From assembly GCF_009914755.1 (NCBI RefSeq), contig NC_060935.1: a DNA stretch of 64,000 nt; one strand, written 5' to 3'. The stretch's first letter is position 1; every line of letters starts with the position of its first letter. Source of the stretch: the human T2T-CHM13v2.0 reference genome, Homo sapiens. Both the position numbers and the translations under genes were made by a program. Shown here piece by piece: positions 54,281 through 64,000 of this stretch. Under the pieces are notes generated by a model, which searched no databases, was not told the origin of the DNA, and was given only the letters and a program-made list of their open reading frames with translations.

Positions 54281-56074
54281 ATGTTTTGTTACTAACCGAA
54301 TGAATGTTCCCTTCTAAAAGGGTACCAGGAGGCCATGGGGAGCTCCAGGAAGTTGAATGGGCTCTGTGGGGAGCGGCTGCAGGAGCTCAGGGTTGGGCTC
54401 AAGTTTGGAGCGAGGATGGGATACACAGCAGGGAAGACAGCCAGTTATGGGGACAGGGTTGAAAGAGGAAACTCCAGGGCTGTGGATGCAGAGGTCTGTG
54501 AACTGGGCTCAGAAAGAGCCTCAGAGCTGCATATGCCTTCCCAGGTCTGGGGCAAAGGAACTCACTTTCAGGCTGACGATGGGAGCTGAAATCCCTGAGA
54601 TGCTCTCTGGTGGGATGGGGTTGGGGGATCTTGCAGTGTGGGCCCACTCAGCAGTATACGCAGCACCAGGAAGCAGACCATGATACCCTTGGAGCACCTT
54701 TTCTCCAGCCTGGCTGACTCTGCCTGCTGAGGGCCTCCACCTGCTCCTCCAAGTGAGGGGTGTCTCCAAGTGTGTGTAGGGAGGGGCAGTGATGGTGCCA
54801 GGACTCCAACCATCGGGAGGTAAGGGAAACGGAATCTTCTCTTAGAGTTCAACCATAAAGTAGGTCAGGTAGGATCAGGTAGAGCTTAGCAGAGCCACCT
54901 TAGAGAGGCAGTGAGACATGGAGACTGCAACCTCTGGAAAGAGGTGGGGACAGTCAGGCAGAAGGAGGGCTGGCCAGCTTCAGGAGCCCTCATCACGGAG
55001 CTGCAAGGGCAGAGGTGGAGGCTTCTGCAGGGAGAGTGGAGGGTGAGGCCTCCATCTGCTCCTCTGGCAGGCTGTCTTTCTGGGGGAAGAGGTATCAAGC
55101 CATCCTGGCCCAAGAAGCCTAGTCCTTCCCAGTGACCCTGAGCTGGCTCCATGCTCCCTGGCTGCCTGCTGCCTGCTGGCTTTGTACAAAGCTGTCTCCA
55201 GGGGGAAGGGACCTGCTCGGGCTCACATATCCAGGCGTCTTGGCACTGAGAGCCCTGGCTGCAAATGAACACACTGGTAACTGGTTTAGACGCCGATCCC
55301 TTGTGAGCTTTGGGTGAGAATTCACCTTCCTGAGTCCTCTTCCTCTGGGGAACTGACAGAATCTTGTTTTTAGGCCTAAGAGGTTGAGGGCCAGACCCTA
55401 GACTAGGGAATTTGCTAAAGTAGTGAATGCTACCCTGGGAGACTGTCAGGGAACAGACAACAGCCTTGCTGAAGTGAAACCCACCTTTACCCTGGACCTT
55501 TTCATCTGACGGCTAATAATATATGTATATGGCTGTATAGGCACACATGCAGCCATATATGTGTGGCCGTGTGTGTATGTACACATTCAGCCAGGCATGT
55601 GAAGGGTGTAGGGAGCATGGGACATGGGAGCCTATACTACTGTCTTTTCCTACAGCCCTCCCTACTCTCTTTGGGTGTCACTATGTGTTCAAAGCCACAT
55701 ATGTGGCCTTAGCCCACGACTTAATATCCTGGAGGTTAGGAATACCTGTAAGTCCCACCTTACTTATAACATTATGGAAAATAGCATGGGAATGAAGTCA
55801 AATAGGCCCTGGTTCATAAACTAGATGGCCCTCTTTCTATGAATGGTTATATGTTTTGGGGCAAGCCTTTTAAACACTCTGAGTCTCAGTGCTGAAATGG
55901 ACGCCCACAGTCATCATCCATTTCAAAGCCCATTTCTCCTGTTAGAGGCACATATGGTTGTGTTAGCATATCCATCGTTTTTTATAATAAATTTTCCTCT
56001 GGTTTTAATACAATACACTTTCTGGAAAGAACCTATCAACCATTCATACTTTAGTGTGAATTTAGGTCACAGTG

Positions 56075-56600
56075 TCATATAATCTTACAGTGGCAACAGA
56101 CCTTGAATTGCATCTAGTTTTACATTCCACCAAATGCAGAGATTCTCTGATTTGTGACTCTAACATGGCCACCTAGACTGTCGTTTAACTCCTCCCATGG
56201 CAGGAAACTCACCATGTGCCACTCCTCCACATCCAGGTAGCTCTAATTGCTAGAGTAGAATGAACTGAAACTTGCCTCTCTGCAGCTTCCTACCAGCAGT
56301 CCTCACTCTCCTCTCTAGAGCAATTACAAAACAAATTGTTTCCCCCTTCCCATGACAGCCTTTCAGGTCCATGCGAGCTCTCATGACCCTTCTTTTCTCT
56401 AGGCCGAGTGTCCTATTTTCTTTACATATTCCCAATAGGACTAGTTTTGGGTTCTCCCACCATCCTGGCCACCTAGGCATCTGTATACGCTCCAACTTTA
56501 AAAATTCAGCATTGAACATATTCCACCAGGCAGGGTCTACCAACACATTCCTTCTCCTGGGGCATTTGACATTCAAGCCTGGCCTCTCATTGTGGGAGGA
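56075..56600 (-). mobile_element. L3/CR1 3' relic
   Basis: GGAAACTCACC..GCTCTAATTG..GAACTGAAACTTGCCTCTCTGCAGCTTC..TTCCCATGACAGCCTTTCAG. Confidence 0.65.
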
Positions 56601-56754
56601 GAGGTCTTCGTTCCCTAAGACAGACATTTCAGATACCAACTTACAGCTGGGGGAGACATGAAGAACCAAGTGCCACCTATGCACAACCACATCCAGGACT
56701 TAATTTGCATAGCTTTTTAATCTGTGGGGGACAATCTGCATGCCACTTGGGCCT

Positions 56755-56880
56755 GCTCTGTTAGTCTGTGAGTTTACCCAGGGCAGATATTGAGTCTAAC
56801 CGTTCCTGGATCCCTCCAAGCACCTGCTGCATTGGTCTGCCTCCCTTTAGCTGTCAATAAATGCAGTTGATTGATGGACT
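56755..56880 (+). mobile_element. L2 3' terminus
   Basis: TTAGTCTGTGAGTTT..AGGGCAG..TCAATAAATGCAGTTGATTGATGGA. Confidence 0.55.
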
Positions 56881-58279
56881 CACTGGGGCTTAAGAAGTCA
56901 TTTTCCACTTTGTTGCATCTCAGAATCCAGCTGTGTCGAGCTGGAGCCAGCCCTCTGCTTACTTGTTTTCTCTGTGAACATGGGCCCAGATCTCATGGCT
57001 TGCCCATGCGTTACAATAGGATGAATTTCACTTTGGAGCTCTACTCTCTTCTACCCCCAACTAGCGGGAAACCAGAACCCTGAGGGCAGCGGCACATCCC
57101 ACACTGCAAAGAGCCCTGGGCCCCTTCCCCTTCTTATATTTTTTCTGACAAAGGCCCAGTAATGAAAATTTCCTAGCTGAAGGCATATCACTTGAGCTGC
57201 AAGTTATGGAGAAGAGGGCAATGTACCAGACAGATGTTTCCAATTGTATGTTTATTGAGCTTCTTGCCTTTGCTGCTCCTCCTGCCAGCCCCTCCCTCTC
57301 TATCCCTCCTCCTCCCTGTTGCTGCCACTAAATCAAGCATCTCTTCTTAAAATTGTAATCACCAAAATAAGGTGGTGATTTATAAGGAATTCTGAAATAC
57401 CAAATAATCAGCCGAACACTTCACTTTAATGGCAGCAATAAGTCAAGTGTTTCCACGCTTATCTCTGGAGGAAGCACATTGGTCTTGGTTGTTGCAAAAT
57501 GACAAATGCTCTTTTGTGAGTTGTAACAAATCAATTATCCACATGTTGAAAACTGAGCAACTCCTTTTTAAAGACAGAATTTTATGGATACGTTCTAAAA
57601 AAAAATGTCCCAGGGAAGTGGGGGTACTGGAGCTCTTTAGTTGTTTTTCTGGCAAAAGAAAATTGGAGAAATAATAGCTCCAAGGAGACAGCTGCCCAAA
57701 ATGACATCAATCAGAGATGCGGTCTCCCTGAGCCTATGGAAAATGCACACAGAATGCTCAGGTTTGTTTCTCATCCAGTCTGAGCAGGTAACCAGGAGTC
57801 CGCCTCCACCTGCGGTGGCATTTTCAGTAGAAACTGCTGGCTCCCCAAAGAGCCCTGTGGGGGCATTCAATCCTCAAGCTCTCCTTGGGCACATATGTCT
57901 GCCTTGTAGTTCTCATTTCAAGGAGAATTTCTACTTTTTCCGTTAAGAAGGAAGTCACGCCTCAGTAGCTGGCTCTGGGGTTGGAACCTGTGTTATCTCG
58001 TTATATATGGCCCCATCTGTTGGGGCCGCCCAGAAAGACTCGCGTGCCCTTTCCCAGGTTCTATTTTCCTCTCCTCCCACGTCACATCCATTTGCCACAC
58101 AATCAAATACAACAGCATCTGCTGTAACCTGTCCTGTCAAAGCAGGCGGAACTCATTGTCATCCCAAACCTTCTCCCAGCTGTGGGTTTGCCAATTTCAA
58201 AGGCCCTGAGAAGGTCATGCTGTCACGATTCCAAATGTGGCAGTTGTGCCCGTGCATGGGGCTTCAGCTGCATCTGGTG

Positions 58280-58430
58280 CCCTGGGTACTATTGCGTGCA
58301 ACACTGCAAAAGGATCTCAGCAAACTGGAATGTATCATGGGGTGCACAGAAGGTGGATGGCTTGGCCACTGTCTCATGATGAATTGTTAAGGGACTATGA
58401 ATGCTCTGAGTACAGAAGAAGAGACTAGCA
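58280..58430 (+). mobile_element. L3/CR1 fragment
   Basis: AAAAGGATCTCAGCAAACTGGAATGTATC..GATGAATTGTTAAGGGACT..AGAAGAAGAGACT. Confidence 0.5.
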
Positions 58431-58959
58431 TGTGGGGTTGATGCAGAACTGGTGCTGGGACCCTGTCCTTTGTTAACAGTGTCCAGGCAGAGGAGGATTG
58501 GCTGGTAGGTAGCAGGTGAGCAGGTGGATGTGCCAGACCTTGCATCTCAGGCTGTGCATGGCTCTGTCCCTCTGAGTGCTGAAGCCTTGGCTGGCATGAG
58601 CCTGCAGTGCAGCTGCTGTTTTGGTATTAGACTCTCTGTCCCTGCTGTCCACTGTCCTGCCTGGCCAGTCCTCTACCACTTTCTCCCTAGCCCAGTCCCT
58701 CTGCTTGGCTCCCCTTAGCAGTCTTCCCTTCCTCCTTTTTCGTTTGTCCTTAAATCACTATTTTTCTCAATAACTTTCTTTCTTTTGTATTCCACCCCAC
58801 CCCTTTTCACAGTTCTCAGCTTTCCTGGTTTGGATGCTCTGTGGATGACTGTTACGATCCACTCAGTGGTTCCTCTCTTCAGCAGTGATGCTGAGTGCTT
58901 TCTATGTGTTGAATAAATACACATGCAAACAGTACTACCTTGTGAGGGTGAAAGCTGGT

Positions 58960-59590
58960 GTTGTTAGAGAAAATAACAAGAAGGACCCACCTGAGGTTGC
59001 ATAGTCAGGGACTGCTCCTCTGAAAAAGCAATGTTTAGAATTGAGACCTGAACAATGAGTCATTCAGGTGAGCTCAGGGGCCAGAGTGATGCAGGTAACA
59101 GAATAGGATGTGCACAGGCCCCGAGGCAGAAAAGAGCTGGGAGGGTTCCAGAAACTGAAAGAAACTCCCTCCCACCTTTTTTTAAATCAGCATAAATGCA
59201 TGACAAGACCCAGGACGCTTCCTGCCGATGGCCTTTAACCTTGCTATTCCCACTGCCTGGGAAGCTCTTGTGCCATATGGTCACATGGCTGGTTTCTTCC
59301 TTTTGTTCATATCTCTGCTTAGGTGTCACCTCCACCAAGAGGCCTACTTTGATCACTCATGCACACTCACTATCCCTTACCCAACTATGTGTGTGTGTAT
59401 ATTTTGTGGTGCCTATTAGTAAATGAAGTTGTTATTTATTTGATTACCTCTTGATAGAAGATATTCCACTATCAGAATGGACACCCCACAAATACAAATC
59501 CTGTACTAATAGGCTGTCATATTCCCAGCACCTGGCAAACAACAGGCACTTAAGAAATGTTTTGTGAATTAATGGATGATGAATGATAGG
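58960..59590. mobile_element. Two L2 fragments in opposite orientations (minus about 58960-59160, plus about 59200-59590)
   Basis: TTGAGACCTGAACAATGAG; CTTGCTATTCCCACTGCCTGGGAAGCTCTT..CACCTGGCAAACAACAGGCACTTAAGAAATGTTTTGTGAATTAATGGATG. Confidence 0.7.
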
Positions 59591-60356
59591 ATGGAAAAGC
59601 AAAACATTGGTAAGGAAATGTAGCTTCATTATGACCAAGCACTCATAGAAAAAATGCTAAAAGGGAAGAGGGAAGATGTGTTAGAGATTCCTGCCAGGAT
59701 GTTATTAAAGAGGTAGAAAAAATGTGTAATGAGCATATTTATTATGTGAACGTAAAGGCCAGTACTTAAGCTCCTTGCTCTTAAGTAGGCTAACATTTCT
59801 CCTGTTTGCATTATGAATTTTCTTAGCAACTCCCGTCGCCTTTATGATAAATAAATACAGACACATTTTTAAAAGCCGTTGTTAATAATTAAGGGACTGC
59901 CAAGCCCCCAGTGAGTTCACTGCTTGTCACTGGTTATAGCAAATGCTCTATAGTGAGTAACTCTCACCTACAATCGTGGACACCCTTTGGTGACCATGCC
60001 CTTTCAAAGGTTCATATCTGGTTGTTTAATGTTTGCACCGTTGGGAGGGGATGAAAAGGACAGCTGTCCTGCATTAGGTTGTTCATCGTTCTTTGTTGAG
60101 CCTTTAAGCTACAAGCACTCATGATTCCCTTTTGCTTTTCCTAGCATGATATTCCAGTTGCCATTTAGAAAACATAGTTCAGTTGTCAAATCCCAACATA
60201 AGGCAGAACAAAGTAAAAATATTTAAGCACCCAGAGAACAAAACAGGTTTGGAAGGTTGAATGGCTTGTTGGATGGATACTTAGATGTTGAGAGTGATGA
60301 AGAGACAGGAAGTGAGATGATACTAGATTTAGGGCTTAAGTGACTGGGTGGAAGTT

Positions 60357-61090
60357 TGCATCAGTCAGAGCTCAATCAGAGAAGCAGAGCATGAGGCAAT
60401 ATCTATCTGTCTATCATTTATCTACTCATCTAATCTTGTATCTGTCTGTCATCTAAGTATCTATCGCCTCTCTAATCTATCATCTGTCTATCTAATCTAT
60501 CATCTGTCTATCTAATCTATATCTGTCTACATATAGATAAACACACAGACGTAGATATAAGCAGGGATTTATTATAGGGGTTTGAACTCATGCACTGCAG
60601 GAACTGGGTCAGCAGTTTATTAACAGCTGGTACTTTTGTGTCCACAGAGCAGGCAGCCAGGAAAGGAAGATGGATATGATGTGGGGAAGCAGGTCAAAAG
60701 GGGACCTGCAAGGATGAGCCAGGACTCTCGAGGTTGGACTAGAACTCGTGTTGATGTTTTCACCACCTTTAAGCTTTCATTGCAGGAGAAGCTTGTTTCC
60801 TCCATCACACAGCTTAGGGTGCTCCTGTCCCAGCCGAAGGGCGAAAGCCAGAAGGAGCTGGAGAGGCAGCCCACCTGGCTGCTGCCTCACATGGGTGAGG
60901 TGGGCAGACAGAGAGACAGCAACAGCACCTGCTGTCTTGCAGAGGCTCTCTGAGAGTGAAAGGAAAATGGTCTCTGCTTCACTTCTGCCTTTCAAGTCTC
61001 CTGTAAATGCCTCTCGTGGTCCATGCTAACACAAAACTATGCAGTGAAGGGAATCATTGGAAGCATAGTTCCAACCCAGGTAGGCCAAGA
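60357..61090 (-). mobile_element. Old ERVL solo LTR (LTR50-like) with an internal STR
   Basis: TGCATCAGTCAGAGCTCAATCAGAGAAGCAG..GGGATTTATTATAGG..CACTTCTGCCTTTCAAGTCTC..AAGGGAATCATTGGAAGCATAGTTCC. Confidence 0.55.
60400..60540. repeat. Degenerate (TCTA)n with a 20-bp higher-order unit
   Basis: TCTAATCTATCATCTGTCTA repeated about three times at 60471-60529. Confidence 0.88.
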
Positions 61091-62419
61091 AATCCCTAGC
61101 AATGGGATTGGCAAATCCCCAAGCAATGCAGGGGAAGTCTTGGCTGTGGAAGAGATGACTCAGGAAATATAATCATTCAAAAGATGAGCAGAGGATAAAA
61201 ACCTGCTGTGGAGAATAAGGAGAAATCAGAGAAGTAGGGGAGAACCTGGAGGGCTGGGGTGGAGTTTCTGGTAGAAATGTTTGTGAGAATATCAGTCCTT
61301 AAATAATGACAATGAGGATGATAATAGTGATAGCCAGGCATGATATTGAATGTAATGACTTGTGTCTATGGCACTGATCAATCAGAGTGGATGCTGGCTT
61401 GTAAGGGGTTCTGGGGTCCCAAGAAAGAGGCCCTCACACCACCATAGTGATGGTGATATTAGTGGTGGTGGTGGACATTGGGCGGGCAGGGGCTAGAGAG
61501 AGCAGCTATTTACCATCCAGGAGGACAGCCATTTTGACAACTACTATGTCAGTCTGGGTGCAAACTAGCTGAATATCAGCCCTGTTGATAGCTAACATTA
61601 GTTTCTTGCCTAGTACATTCCAGATGCCCAGCTAAGCTCCTTGAGTCTGTATGATGGTGGCGTTGCCTCTGGGTGCTTTGCCCCGCCCTGACTGGCTCTG
61701 GGAAGAATCAGGATCTTAGATCCTGGAAAAGCAAATTGCCAGGCCCATCATCAGCAAACATCTGCTGCCATGGTACGCACCACTTTAGCAGGAGGATATA
61801 TTTTGGGAGGCTTTGCAGGCCCGGCTCCATGCGGGGGAGAACATTTGAACACGCAGCAGCTGTTAATGAGCACCATGCTGCTAATTAGGACAGTCTGAGA
61901 GGAGCAGCTGCCCGCACAGTGGTGGTTTGGAATGACAAAGGCAGCAATATCTAACTGTTGGAGTCCAGGGGGATGTCTCTGTGGGATAAGCTCTGAGCTC
62001 ATAGGATCCACGTGGACTCGTGGAGCATTAAACTTGGAAGTTCTTTGCTTGCCTGACCTGATGTGGTTGTCCAACCACATCAAACACACCAGATTTCCAA
62101 GGTGCCATTTTGATTGGCAGTGTGTGGATACAGCTTTGGGTAGAATGCCCAAGTGGACTGCATCCTCGGACGTCACCTGGAGCTCACTCCCTTTGACCTC
62201 ATTCTGTCAGCTGCAGCACAGGGAGGATTGTTTAACCTCTGCTTTCTGATGAGTCGAGATTTGTCCTGCTGCCTTTCCACTTCTCAGAGAGAAACACTTT
62301 GAAGAGGTGCCAACATATCTTAATATTATCTTAAGTGATCTGGGGGTTTGTGTTAATAATATCACCAAATTGACCATGGGACATATCCAAGATCATTCCA
62401 TTCCCAAATCGTCTGTTGT

Positions 62420-62680
62420 CGTTTGGCTTGGCATTTGTTGAGGCCAAGGTGAACAGGTTCAATTCCCAGGTGAGGCAGGCAGCCTCACTCTGGCCACAGA
62501 TGTTTCTGTAACCCGGGCCACTGGGCCATCCACAGTGTGTGCCTCTGATGGTGGTGGGATTGTGGGAGAGGGAGGGTGTGGGTGGTTCACCGACTCTTTC
62601 ACCTTAGCCACTGGGGGCAGCACAAAAGCCCGTGCTTTATGAAGAGGGGTCAGTCAATGTCGTTTTGATTTACAGGGTAT
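62420..62680 (+). mobile_element. Probable MamSINE1 (ancient tRNA-derived SINE)
   Basis: tRNA-like B-box region GAGGCCAAGGTGAACAGGTTCAATTCCC, then GGCCACAGA, GGGTGTGGGTGG and GGGTCAGT..TGTCGT in the order recalled for MamSINE1. Confidence 0.6.
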
Positions 62681-63643
62681 GTCATTTGACTATACATTTT
62701 TAGTCTGCATGTTCCTCCCTTGGGCATTTTTCCCACAAAAAGAATGAAATCAGCAAATGGTGGCAAACTGGATTTAGAGTTGTGGCTTTCAAGAGGTTTA
62801 CTTGTCACTCCAAAGAGCTGATTTTACAATATGGGTTTCTTGCCAATAAGTAGCAGAGTCTTCTTAGTCATGTGGTGTGAAACACCAGGCTCTGGAGCTG
62901 GAACTTGGAAGGGAATTCCAGGCAGGGGCAACGGCACAAGCTAAGGGGTGAGAAAAGTGAAGTGGATTAGTTTGGGGAGGAGTGGCTGGGCCAGCCGCAG
63001 GCAGGTAGTATGAGCAAAGCTCTCATTTTTATTTTAACAGCTCCCAAGGAAAGATTGCTACTGTTTCAAATGCCTGAAACTGTAAACTGTGGATTTATAT
63101 TGTCAGTCAATAATGGGGCTCAGACAAGGAAAAGAAGAAGAAAAATTTAATCCATTTTACATTCAGTTATATCTGGTTACTAATAATAATTACACATTTT
63201 CAACGATTACAACCTCCTACACCAGTTATGTTTTATGACTTCCCGTGATTATCTAAAACATGTTTCACAATTCTTGATGTTCGTGTAAGAACACTAAAGG
63301 TTTACATTTCAGATGGGTAAAAAACAAGCCTGTCAAAGCAGTTTGACAGGAAGACAGCCCTTATCTCTTTCTATGAAGTGGCAACTGAGAAATTTGTCAC
63401 CTAAGAAGAGCATAATCATGTTTAGTTTTACTGAGACCTTATCTCAATCTGACTTGCAAGCATATAGATTCTTTAACTACCTAGATTGTAAACAATTTTT
63501 ATCCTCCAGCTTCTCTCATTAGGCAAGAAAAGCATTTTACAGCGTAATGCCTGAATAAACAAAAGCACTTTTAGGTCCAAGTGATTTTCTTCCATTTGTC
63601 TTTAATTAAAGCTGATTTGCTTCTTAAAAGGTGATTCATTTCT

Positions 63644-63708
63644 CATATATATACACACATATATATATACACATATATATACATATATATACACATATAT
63701 ATACACAC

Positions 63709-63770
<62 letters not shown>
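63644..63770. repeat. Compound (TA)n/(CA)n microsatellite followed by poly-T
   Basis: Direct reading; includes 10-bp ACATATATAT-type units and a pure CA run. Confidence 0.97.
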
Positions 63771-64000
63771 GTATCTTTTTTTTTTTTTTTTTACCTCAAA
63801 GAGGGGATCTATATGATTCTGGTTTTATGGAGGCTGGTATGCTTCCCCGAGACTCAAATGTGAGATGGCTTTTTACAGCCCCTGGGGTAAGCCACAACCC
63901 CCGACTTGCCTACAGCGTGCCTGGTTTTGCCTCTTGCTGCTCCACCGCCCCCAGCCTCATCCTGTGCCTCTTTCACTCCAGCACTGTTGACCTTGCCCTT

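Noticed and set aside
61709-61725. Palindrome CAGGATCT-T-AGATCCTG
   Set aside because: 8-bp arms are expected about once per spacer length in a window this size
62440-62470. tRNA-like GGTTCAATTCCC
   Set aside because: No cloverleaf; better explained as a SINE head

Overview
Primate (most likely human) genomic DNA: CpG-depleted, no CpG island, roughly 60-70% interspersed repeats by eye (Alu J/S/Y, young L1PA and old L1M fragments, L2, L3/CR1, MIR, MaLR/ERVL/ERV1 solo LTRs, hAT DNA transposons, a probable MamSINE1) plus microsatellites. I find no credible protein-coding exon, RNA gene or processed pseudogene. The listed ORFs are Alu/L1 relics, low-complexity translations or chance ORFs, so the window reads as intergenic or deep intronic, and I cannot name the locus. 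I see no evidence of a new biological system in the sense of new genes. The most unusual directly visible structure is a full-length AluY (20836-21136) flanked by a ~290-bp direct duplication that starts exactly at an L1-endonuclease site, i.e. an apparent giant target-site duplication. Other points of interest are a tail-less inverted L1PA fragment at a deletion junction (3438-3658), a tail-less Alu fragment beside a perfect fold-back (44822-44942), a divergent pair of strong CTCF motifs (9.5 kb and 15.2 kb), a strand-specific pre-miRNA-sized hairpin (55509-55570) and several homeobox-motif-rich repeat-free blocks (57-63 kb). Subfamily names and the boundaries of old repeats come from recalled consensus sequences and are approximate; RepeatMasker/Dfam is needed to confirm them.
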